From the human T2T-CHM13v2.0 reference genome, Homo sapiens: DNA of 64,000 nt. A program made the translations under genes and the position numbers. Below are positions 25,855 through 63,021 of this stretch, one piece after another; positions within the stretch are counted from its first letter, which is position 1; each line of letters begins with the position of its first letter. The notes under the pieces are model-generated. The model worked only from the letters and a program-made list of their open reading frames with translations, made no database searches and was not told the origin of the DNA. The DNA is taken from assembly GCF_009914755.1 (NCBI RefSeq), contig NC_060929.1. One strand, given 5' to 3'.

Positions 25855-26340
25855 TGTTTGTTTATTATTGTTATTATTTTACTTTAAGTTCTGGGATATA
25901 TGTGCAGAATGTGCAGGTTTGTTACATAGGTACACATGTGCCATGGTGGTTTGCTGCACCTAACAACCCATCATCTAGGTTTTAAGCCCCGCATGTATTA
26001 GGTATTTGTCCTAATGCTCTTCCTCCCGTTGCCCCCAACCTCCAACAGGCCCCAGTGTATGATGTTCCCCTCCCTGTGTCCATGTGTTCTCATTGTTCAA
26101 CTCCCACTTATGAGTGAGAACATGACATGGTATTTGGTTTTCTGTTCCTGTGTTAGTTTTTTGAGAATTATGGTTTCCAGCTTTATCCAAGTCTCTGCAA
26201 AGGAGATGATCTCATTCTTTTTCATGGCTGCATAGTATTCCATGGTGTATATGTGCCACATTTTCTTTATCCAGTCTATCATGATAGGCATTTGGGTTAG
26301 TTCTAAGTCTTTGCTATTATAAATAGTGCTGCAATAAACT
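25855..26340 (-). mobile_element. L1PA (mid-age, about PA7-8) 3' fragment
   Basis: actttaagttctgggatatatgtgcagaatgtgcagg...; ORF 26097..26291 translates to the L1 ORF2 C-terminus (WIKKMWHIYTMEYYAA). Confidence 0.88.
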
Positions 26341-26559
26341 AGATAAAATATTTATAATAAAACTAGTATTATGTTAATATAAAAGTTGAGATAAAGTACA
26401 AGGTCAAAGCCAAGGTCTGATTACATTGCTTTACCATGAGACCCCCTTCACTTCCCTGAAAACTGATGCTGAACAATGCACCATAGCTTCTATCCTTGGG
26501 TTCCTTTCTCAAGCTTTTTCTAATCATTGCTTTTCTTATGTGGAAGCAGGCAGGGGCCT

Positions 26560-27495
<936 letters not shown>

Positions 27496-27861
27496 GTGAA
27501 CAGAGACCGACGGAGGGCAGGAGAAAGACCATTCTCCCAGGGAGGCCGAGAAGGAGCAGCCAAAGGGACGGAAAGGAAACCAGGAAGTACAAGATCATGG
27601 AGATCAGGAGAAGAGAGGCGTTCAAGAAGGCAGTGGCCCACAGAGCTGGCCACAGAGGGAGCCAAGCTGGGTCTGACAGACGTTGACAGGAGCCTTCCCG
27701 TGTCTATTCTCTTCTTCCTGGTTTGTCACACTCAGTTCTAATTGACAGAAAAGCTGAGAACTTGTCCTGAACACTGTCCTTTGGGTTTGGTGGCCTGGAG
27801 TGGACTGACAAGTGAGTGTGACATGGGGCAGTGAAAACCCAAATGAAGGTGACTGTTTAAG

Positions 27862-28192
27862 GCACCCCCAGCCCGTGGCCTATTAGGGACTGGGCTGCAC
27901 AGCAGGAGGTGAGGGGAGGGTGATGGAGCATTACTGCCTGAGCTCCGCCTCCTGTCGGATCAGCAGCAGCATTAGATTCTCTTAGGAGCGGGAACCCTAT
28001 TGTCAACTGTGCATGCGAGGGATCTAGGTTGCACGCTCCTTATGAGAATCTTAACTAATGATTCTCTGATGATCTGAGGTGGAACAGTTTCATCCTGAAA
28101 CCATCCAACCCAACCCCTGCTCCTCCTTGGTCTGTGGAAATATTGTCTTCTGAGAAATCAGTCTGTGGTGCCAGAAAGGTTGGGGACCACTG
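27862..28192 (+). mobile_element. MER1B-like hAT-Charlie DNA transposon
   Basis: gagctccgcctcctgtcggatcagcagcagcattagattct...gatctgaggtggaacagtttcatcc...aaaggttggggaccactg. Confidence 0.8.
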
Positions 28193-28209
28193 CTTTAAGG
28201 AGTTTGGCT

Positions 28210-28652
<443 letters not shown>

Positions 28653-29139
28653 TAAAATAAATAAATAAATAAATAAATAATAAGTCTGTCAGGCTGATAA
28701 AGACAGGGAATAGGGGTGGGGAGTGTAGCTTGAAGAGGAAGGTAGGATCCAGGCATTCATTTTGTTTTGAGATAGGCTAGACCAGGGCACATTGAACGGG
28801 CGGGGTCTGTAGAGACCAAAGGACTGGGAGACAGAACATAATAGAAAGCAAAAGGTTCCTGAGGGATAATGGAGGGGGGGATTGGGAGGGTGGGGGGCAC
28901 AGGTATAGGGCCTGGGTGTGGGGAGAAGGAGGCCGAGACTTCCCCCGGAACAGGTGGGACTGCGGGAGAATGGTGGGCCATGGGGCCATGGAGCCTGGAC
29001 TGGTGCGGAGAGAGGAGCAGGAGACACAGCCTCCCTTGACAGTGCTCGGTTAGATCCGCAGGGCTCGGGAGGAGTTTCTTTCCTATCCTCTTTATTAATA
29101 AAACTGCCCTTTTATCTATTTTTTATTGGTTTTTATTTT

Positions 29140-29428
29140 GGGAGACAGGGTTTTGCTTTGTCCCCCAGGCTGGAGTGCAGTGGTGCGATCTCTGTGCACT
29201 GCAGCCTCGATCTCCTGGACTCAAGCAGTCCTCCCACCTCACAGTTCCCGGAGTAGCTGGGACTACAGGCCTGCACCACCACACCCAGCTAATTTTGTTT
29301 TTGTTTTTGTAGCGATGGGGGTCCCGCTATGTTGCCTAGGCTGGTCTCGAACTCCTGGCCTTCGTCAATCCTCCCCACTCGGCCTCTCAAAGTGCTGGAA
29401 TTACAGGCATGAGCCACCATGCCCAGCC
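29140..29428 (-). mobile_element. AluJ
   Basis: TSD aaactgccctttt. Confidence 0.88.
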
Positions 29429-30701
29429 CAAACTGCCCTTTTTATCTCTGGTGATGGCTCTATCCACAAATATTAAAGATGATTTTTTATAATAATATAA
29501 CAAATCTCGAACCTAATGGTTTAAATTCAACCTCCTGAATTAGCTTCTTCAGCATGTATTTACTGAGTGAAAAGTAGACAGCAGGGCTACCACGCCGGGG
29601 CAATCACTTCTGTGTCCTACAGTAGGTCCCTAGTTAAAATGAGTATTTGGCCAGCAGCCAAAATGGAAAGAGAGGCCTCAAAGAAACTTGCAGCTGCGGG
29701 ACAACTTCTCTCTCCCCAGCCTGTCCTTTCTGAGAGCCACGAATACCTTCAACCACCTGATTTAAGTAGAGGAATACCCAAAAAGGCGAGCCGTTGGGGC
29801 CTAACCACAGAACTACATCTCTGAACAGAGCAGCCATGGCTGTCGCGCTGGAATTCACGCGTCTAAGCTGCTCTTTGTCTTGACAATTTGGCTTCTTTCT
29901 GCTTGAGTCAGTCCAGAATAAGTTCTCCTTGTGCCTAGAACACACTGAGCCCTTATTCCCTGGCATGTGCTATGTTATTACGAAGAAAACCAGCAAGTTT
30001 TGAATCTGCTCGCACAGTAGAACTATGCATCAAACTGGTTATGCAAAAGGCAGGGAAGGGTATGTGTTACGTTACATTTTTCTTACCACCTGCCATAAAC
30101 AGAGGCTGTTTAATTTCTTGGCTTTTCACTCATTTTTTTTAAAAAAATCACGAAACATTTCTTTCCTGAATAGTGTTCTGCAGTGTGAACGATTTTGGGC
30201 GGGGGGTGCACATTTGAGAATGTTACTGTACTTCAAAGGCTTGGCAGGACTTCTTGAACTGAGATGAATGGAGAGGTGCTCTGTATATTCAAGGCACTGT
30301 GTGGGTTTTTTTTTTTTTAATTTTATAAAAACTCCACATTAAGGATTGAATCACATAATCATCTAGTTAGTTTTGCCATTTCCTGTGAGGCAAGGGGCGG
30401 TGTGGGTCAAATCTTCAAGAGTTCTGGAAAATCAGCCCCATACCCAGAAGCCCCAAGACAGGATGAAACTCGATTCCCTGGTAGAAATAGGAAGGGCAAT
30501 TTAGACATGGCCCCCAGGCTTTGCGAATCTAAAAATTATTCCCCTTCGTAAAGGGGAGGCACAGGCAGGACTGGGGAGAAATCAGGCAGTTTCTGTTGAG
30601 GTAGGAGGGAGCTGAAAGCATTAGTGAGGAATGGGCTTGAGACAAGACTGTCACAATTCCCTGCACGTGCCCTTTGAGAAGCTATGGAAAAATGCACTAG
30701 A

Positions 30702-31031
<330 letters not shown>

Positions 31032-31249
31032 TCAATTCAGAGCAATTTCCATGAGACAATGCAGACTGAGAAAAGCAAGATAAAGAGATGTGGTGTAAAC
31101 AATATCCCAGTCCCACCTCAAATTCATATGTTTAATTTGAACCACATGAAAATGTCATTTTTGTAGTAAAGAGTGGTCAAATGTTGGCAGTGTCGTATTG
31201 GTTCAAAATGGTTAAATGTTGGGAATCTAATATATATATATATATATAT

Positions 31250-32090
<841 letters not shown>

Positions 32091-32266
32091 TAATCCCTTT
32101 CAAAATAAACAGGTAAGAAACTGTAGCTGCCTCAGAGAAGAAGAGGGAGACTATTACTTAGAATTTGTGGAAACCGAAAATTATCAGCCCCACATTTAAA
32201 AATTCTGCCTTGACTGAAAAAATGATAGCCTGTTGACACAATTGCTTTAAAAATACAAGGCCCTGA

Positions 32267-32620
<354 letters not shown>

Positions 32621-32809
32621 TGAATGAGCAGCTAAATATTTGGGCATTACTGCATGTTGCAGAGGCCTGGCCCCTGGGTGGGGGATTGTTACACAGTGTG
32701 CTTGGCTAGGCTAGACCAAGCCAGCCAGGTGCCTGGCTTGGCGGCTTTGTCAGAGATGCTGTCCCCAAACTGCTGTGGCAGGAAGGCTGTCCATCTCCCA
32801 GCAGACCCT

Positions 32810-33171
32810 ATGGACTGCAGTAGGCGGTCCCTTGCCCACATCTCTGGCAGTCCCTGCACACACCAACAGATTCCCAGGAGCAACCCGCCCTCAACTAGTG
32901 GGGAGAGGAGTTGTTGTCAGTACCCCAGCTTCCTCACTCTTCTGTGGGACTATTCCAAACATGCTCCACATGGTCTCTCGGGAGTCCCCAGGGGGCTGGC
33001 CCCAGTTGCCCACAGTAATCACTCGTTCCTTACTGTATCTGTTATTCTTTGTTTTCCCTTTCTCCGTTCCCCATCATTTCACAGTGGTACCTGGGAACAC
33101 TGCCCAGATAAACCACTTGCACCCAAATCCTTGATCCAGAGCCTGCTTCTGGGGGAATCCAAACTAACACA
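32810..33171 (+). mobile_element. LTR16-like ERVL solo LTR
   Basis: ccccagttgcccacagt...cccagataaaccacttgcacccaaatcctt...ctgcttctgggggaatccaaactaacaca, an LTR16-type 3' end. Confidence 0.65.
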
Positions 33172-33544
33172 TATAGACCTCAGGCAAAGAGCTCCTAGGC
33201 AGCAGCCATGGTGGACAGAAGGCCACCAGCAGAATTCATATGCCCTGGGCTCCCGCACAGCTCTAAGGAATGAGCAAGGAGGCCCCCAGATATAACCATG
33301 AATATCCAGTAAATCAACTATAATGTAATTATGATAGAATTTCCAGTAAATCTGGTAGGATGTCATAGATTGACCTAAGTCAACTTGGCCATTCGGCAAT
33401 GGTGATGTCCTTCTGGTGTCAGTAGCTTCTGGCAGTTAGAGGCAGGCAGAGCTATAGCTCCCTGCTTCCATCACCACCACCTCCCCAGCAGTGGTGTTTT
33501 ACAATGACAGCGGGAGCCTTGGACTTTTGTTAACAGCCCAAAAT

Positions 33545-34041
<497 letters not shown>

Positions 34042-34145
34042 TAGTCGTATTTCCTGTTCTTAGACTTTGTGGAGGATTCCCACTCTGTGTCCTCAGGCCT
34101 CCACACAATACCTTGCATGAAAGTTTTACTCTTAAGTTAGATACA

Positions 34146-34447
<302 letters not shown>

Positions 34448-34795
34448 CTACGAGACAGCAGGACCAGCTAACCCTGCAGTCCGTCTGGTGATGTGGAGGG
34501 TTTTTAGGCCTCGTTCTCTGCTCTGATGTGTTTATACTGCTGGGCCTGATGGATTTGTATATCCTCTAGGTGTGAAAGTGAGGCCTCTTTGACATTTCTA
34601 GCCAACCACATACCTCAAGTACCCACTCATTGCACCTTTGAAAGATGATTTTTAACATTCCATGTGCTGTTCAACAAACCTTCTGGGATAGATTTTGAAA
34701 ACATTTGAAGTGCTTATGTAGCCACCTTTGGAACCTGGGTTCCTGTTTAGGATACTTCAAATGTTAATTGTTCCTGGGGTGCAGATTAAGTTTAA

Positions 34796-34828
34796 ACACA
34801 CACACACACACGCACACACACACACACA
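34796..34828 (+). repeat. (CA)n microsatellite, interrupted
   Basis: Direct reading. Confidence 0.9.
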
Positions 34829-34879
34829 TCCCTCTGTTTACATGATGTATGTAAATGACCACACACATAGATAATAATA

Positions 34880-35791
<912 letters not shown>

Positions 35792-36599
35792 TCAGGGTCA
35801 GTCCAGGGATGAAATGCCATCCATCTGCATTCTTTTCCTTCCCAGGAATGGCATGCACTTGTGCCCTTTCAGTGCTGGGGATGAGTAAGCACAACATTCA
35901 CTGGGCCCCAGACTTCTGCGAAGACAATTTGAAAAGTCCTCCATTCAGGATTTCATAAAAACATTCAGGTCCAGACAGCCCTTTATGAAACTGGCTAGCA
36001 AAATGGAAGTTTTTAAAAAACAAGTCCAAAAAGCTTACTGTGTGTGAACCTACAGATTATATATTGAAAAAAGCTTACTGTGCATATTTTCATATAGTAA
36101 CACACTTTATATCCTTTAATTGCTAAGGGCAGACAGTGTAATAGGGGATTTAAAAAGAAAAGAACCTGGGTCTGAACCACAAAACAGGCTGAGATGTCTG
36201 TTTTCAGACATAAAGCCACTCAAATTACTTTTCAACACATGATATTTAAAACACTGATTTTGCACTACCCACAGCTAGCCTGGTTATCAACAAACTCAAG
36301 TGTAGGCACTTGGACACATCCCTGGTTACACTGGAACCCACGGTACAAACAGGGTCTTGCCTCTCCCACCCTCATGCTAGTACTTTTCAGGGTGTTGTAT
36401 GTGTGTGTGGAAGGTGGACCCAATAAGGCCATGCATCTCTATAGCTCTTGTCTCTGCAGCAGGGCAGGGGCATCCTGCGTGCTCAGCCCCAAATTGTCCT
36501 GCCCCAGGGACACATTTATAAATAATCTAGAGCCACAGTGGGACACAAGCCCAGCACACGACCACAGGAAGGGCTCAGAAAACAGGCTTGCTTTATTCA

Positions 36600-36884
<285 letters not shown>

Positions 36885-37532
36885 AGAAAACAGGCTATAG
36901 ACAGGCCCCCCTCTGCCTCCAACTCCCTTAATGATAGGGGACGTGAAGGCACAGGGGCTAGTTCCCAACAGGAGCCGACCCCCCACCCTGTTTCACACTG
37001 GACGGAGAACATTCCACTCTTTACTCCCCAAGTCCCTCCATGCCCTCACCTGGACATCAAGGAACAAGCAAAATCAAGAGTGAGAGACAGCTAAGTCCAC
37101 CAAAAGTACAAGAGCTAAACAAATGTGGAAAATAAGACGAGAAGCTGCTAAACTCTACGGTCACAACTACTACTTGGGAATTTAATACAAACACCAAAGA
37201 AGCAAAACATCTGAAAAGCACGTGGCATTCATGAGAGCTTATTAAATTCCAGGGGTGTCTCAGAGCTAGCTTTCTGGACATAGTGTGCTGGCCAGATAGG
37301 AAAGGGGGATGGGGACAAGCAGCAGAGTGGGAAGCCTCCTCTGTAGGTAGGAAAGGTCAAAGAAATATGAGCCTTGTTTCTCAGAACATACAAAGTGCTA
37401 TGTCTCAATCTAGTTAAGTATTAAAACGAATTAGAAACAAATCCTACTCTCATAAGCCATCTTACCCTGTGCTCGCTCACTTAACCTCTCTGAAAGCAAA
37501 AACAAAGCCTTTTTCTATCTTTCATGGTTTAA

Positions 37533-38000
<468 letters not shown>

Positions 38001-38004
38001 CTAG

Positions 38005-38465
38005 ATTTTTTATTATTTTTACCTTAGATTCAGAGGGTACATGTGCAGGTTTATTACATGGGTATATTGCGTGATGCTGAAGTTTGGGCTTCAATTGAAC
38101 CCATCACTCAAATGGTGAACACAGTACCCAATAGGTGGTTTTTCAACCCTTCCCTGACTCCCTCCCCATTTTGAGTCCCGTGTCTGTTGTTCTTATCTTT
38201 ACGTCCAATACCCAATGTTTAGCTCCCACTTATGAGAACATTCAGTATTTGGTTTTCTGTTTCTGCATTAATTCACTTAGGATAATGGACTCCAGCTGCA
38301 TCCATGTTGCCGCAAAGGACGTGATTCCATTCTTTTTTATAGCTGTATAGTATCCCATGGTGTATATGTACCACATTTTCCTGATCCAATCCATCACTGA
38401 TGGGCACCTGGGTTGATTCCATGTCTTTGCTATTGTGAATAGTGCTGTGATATACATGTAACTGC
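38005..38465 (-). mobile_element. L1PB/older L1PA 3' fragment
   Basis: ORF 38242..38472 (ALFTIAKTWNQPRCPS..WIRKMWYIYTMGYY) is the L1 ORF2 C-terminus. Confidence 0.88.
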
Positions 38466-38676
38466 AAATCACCTATTATAAATATTTGTTTGGTTATTGG
38501 TTCCCACCACCAAACCTCCCTGTGCCCCACAAGAACGCAAACTGCACTCTTCCCTGCTGTCCCCACTGGCCCTGCCAAGTACCCAGTACATGCTCAATAT
38601 TTCCTGAAAGAATGAAACGGATTACTCCATGTGTTATACCAACCACACCAAGTACAGTATTGCTTGTAAATTGTGC

Positions 38677-38682
38677 TTTAAT
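38677..38682 (-). terminator. Candidate polyadenylation signal ATTAAA for MTMR12
   Basis: Plus-strand tttaat reads ATTAAA on the minus strand, with GT-rich sequence downstream (ttggtgtggttggt). A variant AATGAA near 38725-38730 is an alternative. Confidence 0.5.
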
Positions 38683-39633
38683 TTCTGCAATCAGATATGA
38701 TGCAGTGAGATACAAGTATAAACTTTCATTGTGCATCCAGAAAATAAAAAGCACAAGTATACAGGTTTAGCTCAACAGCTTATTCCCTTATAAAGAAAAA
38801 AAAAGTTTTGAATTAAAGCTAGTTTATCTTCAGTGTAAAAACTTGGAGGTATAAACAAACTCAAGATATTATATACAGTAAATTAATTTACATTTCCAAA
38901 CTTGCACAGTACAGCATTTTAAACAAAGTAAATGGTCTCATTTCAGCTCTCACTGTTAAGCATAATCCACATCCCAATCTCAGATAAAAATTTCACAATA
39001 TATAAATCCATTGAGAATTCTGTACACAAATACGAGTTATAGAAATCTGATTTCAAATATAAATACAAAAATTGTCATGACCTTACACGTTACAACAGCT
39101 TATTTTTCTATTGTAATTTTAAAAAATCATAGAAAAATATGTCAATGCACATTCAACTGCTATGACAAAGGCCATGACCTTGTGCCTTTAAACCATACTT
39201 TGTAGAGTGTAAAGCATCACACCGGGCATTTTTGGAATGAAAATTACAAAGCCTGAAGAGGCTACTGTATAAATATTCACGTTATAACGTGGTAACAAAA
39301 ATAGCTCCATAGCATATTTGGGAGGCAATGGGGCAGAGAAGGAAGTGGAGGTTAGTGCTAATTTAAGAAGGCCTATAGAATGTATGTGAAGGTAGCTAAG
39401 GAACTAGTTAGTGTATTTTAAAATCCCTATTGCAAGCCTAACACTGACCTCGCTAGTAACTCTTAAGGCAATCAAGACGGAACATGTGTTTGGCCCCCAG
39501 ATGCACGAATCCTGCCCTCCCCTCAACCTTTGTTCATCCTAACAGACCAACCTGGCTCCTGCATTAATATGGAGTGGGGAGAACAGCAAAACAATTCACT
39601 GTATGTACAAAAGACAATTCAGTGCAAACCTAG

Positions 39634-39996
<363 letters not shown>

Positions 39997-40169
39997 TAAC
40001 ATTCAAATTGGGATCCATACTGAAGAGCAAATATATGTAAAAGGCGAACATTCAATTTAAAACATTCTAATGAGTTTTGTTTTTTTCCTCTTTTATGCGA
40101 TTTGACAGGGTTCCACTGAGAACAAAAAAATCTGCTCCTTACAAAGTATACTTTCCTGCATTAAAAAAA

Positions 40170-40343
40170 ATATATATCATATATATGATATATATATCAT
40201 ATATATGTGATATATATATATCATATATATATCATATATATGTGATATATATATATCATATATATATCATATATATGTGATATATATATATATATCACAT
40301 ATATATGATATATATATATCACATATATATCATATATATATCA
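40170..40343. repeat. Complex (TA)n repeat with CA/TG interruptions; palindromic
   Basis: tatatatcatatatatgatatata... units; perfect palindrome at 40258-40317. Confidence 0.95.
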
Positions 40344-41467
40344 TTTAGACAGCAGATCCAAGAAGGTGACCAGGCATAGTCAAGTTTCTTCTATGGCTTT
40401 TAAAATCACTGAGGTATCATATGATAATCATCACTTCTGATATTTATGTTTAAGCTGCTTTCCTATGAAAGCCACATTCAAAAGTGACCCAATCCCATCA
40501 GTCCATAAAGGTAAAAGAATGTGAGGAACTCGGCTCAGGGGTTGCGGCAGAAAACTGCAATCACAAGTGCTCCAAAGCTTCAGCAGGCAAGTAGAAAAAG
40601 GCGAAGCGATTTGTTCCAAACAAGGAGAGACTCCAGAGGAATGGACGCTCCTCAGGAAGGATCTCAGGCAAAGAAACAGATCCCCGCAGCGTAACCAAGA
40701 GGTTTGGCAGTGAGACACTGGGACTACACGCACCAAGGCAGGGAGTGCAGAGGGACAGCGGCGAGTGGTGTGGAGCAGGCGGAGGAAGACCTGGGGCTGG
40801 CAGCACAGAAAAGAGGGTGGTGGCTGGCTAGCCCCCACCCACAGGCAAAGTGACACGGTCTGTGAAGAAGGGAGGGTGGTCTGAAGCATCAGGATGGATG
40901 ACACCAGTGGAACTTCCCAGGTGTTTTACAGGCAAGGGGGCGTAGAAAGAAAAAAATGTGATGGTTTAAGTAAATGCCACACATCTTAATACCTCTATCT
41001 GAATCTTCAACTCCCCATACAAATACATAAAGCTGAACTTGCTTCTATAATTGAGATGGGTTACACAGAAACTTACTATTCCCAATGACTGGATAAATTA
41101 TCTTGGCACAAAGAGGATCTGAAGAAAGTATCAAGTCCAAGAATATCTTACTGAAGCCCTTTCTGGTAGTAAACTGGCCATTGTGGGCTCTGTATAATAC
41201 TTAGGCATCAGAAAACGGCCACAACCCTATTACGGGTCAAGTAATAATTCCTTCCAATTAATAATACTACAGATGCGGTTTTAATTGCATAGTCTTTTAG
41301 AATCATGAAAAATAATGAGAGCCACCTCTTTTCCCGAAGGCCCAGGTTTATTCTAACGGAGTGCCGGGCTAAGGACCCAGCCAGCATGAGCTGTAGCGTG
41401 ACACAAATCCAGGGATCAGCTGTCCCAATCTCCCACATTCCTCTTTCACAATCACTCAACAAACAGG

Positions 41468-60582
<19,115 letters not shown>

Positions 60583-60869
60583 CTGTAGAAACAAATAAAG
60601 CTTTACCAGATACAATAAACACAACCCAACAGGGGACACATAAGCTTAGCATTTAAATGCATACAGGGAAATCTGTAACTTCAGTATGAAATGGCTGGAC
60701 ATACTTAACTTTATTAAGCCTGGGAGTATTTAGTCACAATGAAAAAGAATGATTTAGTTTTAAAAAATAAAACAGGTCTAGGTAGTCAGACACAGACTTA
60801 TGGTCTAACATATACCTTTTGACTTATCATCAGCTGGTAACCCAGATGATGACAACAACAACATTATTA

Positions 60870-61060
60870 TTATTAGGATAGTAGCTATCATTCAAGTGCA
60901 GCTTATTACATGTCAGGTATTTTACATGAATTAACTCATTTAATTGTTATGGTAACTCTCTGTGATGGGTATGATTATTTATCCCCCTTAACAGCAAGAA
61001 ACTGAGGCTTGGAGAGATGGAAGGACTTTCCCAAGTTGTACAAAAGTAGCTGCAGTGTGA
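60870..61060 (-). mobile_element. MIR
   Basis: atccccctttaacagcaagaaactgaggcttggagag-like core. Confidence 0.6.
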
Positions 61061-62600
61061 CTCTAAAGGCTGTGTTGTATATGGATGGCAAAAAGGGGGC
61101 AACTCTCATTAGAGAAAATCCACACTAGGAAGAATGGAATGTTGGCTATTTGACATAACTGAATTCAAGACTTGTGACATGCAAGGCACCACATTAGGTT
61201 GTGAGAGGGCACAAAGATACTAAGATACTGTGTCTACCTTCAGAGCTTCGTTTCAAAAGGGAAATAAGCTTAGGAATATAAAATAAGGTAGAATGTATTA
61301 TATAACTGAAGAAAGAAATTTCAAGGCACAACAAAAACAAGGCAAGGAGAAAGAAGTCACACGAGTGACCAACAGTGGCAGGTGAGGCTGTTTAGGCTTT
61401 CTTCTGCTTTGGCAATAGGTTAAGGTGTTCAGGCTTTTTTCAGGTTACAGTGGGGGGTTTTGTTTGTTTTTCAGGAACAAAAGGAGATTACAACTGATCT
61501 TGGGGCAAAGTAATCTGCCAGTGGAAGCTAGAATGGAGAAGAAAGACAGACTGGTTGGACGGGTGAGTACAGTTGTGGACTTTGAGTCCTGCATAAAGGC
61601 CTGGCTAAGTGCTTGAGAGTGGCTAAGGTCCAGCCCTTGCTTTGCTGACCAAGCCATTGGCCTGGGCTCAAAGATAAACCTGGAGGAAAGACCTTTTATA
61701 ATTCGGCTTCCCAGAGGGAGCACCTTTTTGCCATTCATCTGCCAGGTATAAACCATGTGTTGGATATGCTAGCAGTGGCGTAGACCGAGAGTTAGAGATC
61801 GGCATGACAATCCAGGTGATATTGTGCACTACACTTAGAAAATCACAAAGGGGAACTGGTTCGGGATTTCTGGGGAAGGTGATGGAATCAGCACATATTG
61901 GGTGTCTAGCATCAACAGGACCTCCATGTGGAGATATTCAGGAGGCCCCTAAAATGAGAGGAAAACAGGCCTGGCACTCTAGAAATGGGAGCTGATGGTC
62001 TGCTGCAGTGGGGGAGCTGATGAGCCCAGCCAGAGAGCAAGGACAGAGTGACACAGAACTGCTTTAGGAACTGCTGTAAACAGCAACAACTCCTTTCTTG
62101 GGGCCAAGCCACACTTTAAGATTCATGATGAGGTGGAAGTGTTAGAACGTAAGATAATCAAAGGGCCCTTTGCTGTTCTTGCATTCCCTTTCTCAATGCC
62201 ATGCTAAGCGATGTGCAGAAACCACCATACAGTTTTCAGCTCTCTGCCTAAGGTGGTGAAATTTTGGTGCCCAGGCAATTGTGCCCCCCTTAGTTGGCGC
62301 AGCTCACTTGGATAAAGGGGGAGATACTCTTAGCCATGACTGGATGGTGAGTTCTAAGAAACTAAGTGTTCTTAACCCTTTTTATCTCCTCTTCTGGAGC
62401 AGAAGGGCAGAAAGCATAGTCCCTTGGTGATATCCAACTATAACTCATTTTCCATCTGGGGCACATGTAATAACTCTTAATCATAACTGTCTCATCTCAT
62501 CTGAGGCGTGAAGGGCCAACTCCCTTACTATTCTCTGCGTGAAACAGTAAATAGAAAAAAACAAAGTTCCTGGTCAAAGAGGCTTCTCACAGAAATTTAG

Positions 62601-63021
<421 letters not shown>

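Noticed and set aside
32654-33295. 213-aa ORF
   Set aside because: Mostly overlaps the LTR16-like element; no recognisable domain or splice context.
40431-40904. 157-aa ORF in the MTMR12 3' UTR (possible downstream ORF)
   Set aside because: Non-ATG start, no recognisable domain and no splice link to the CDS; Ribo-seq evidence would be needed.
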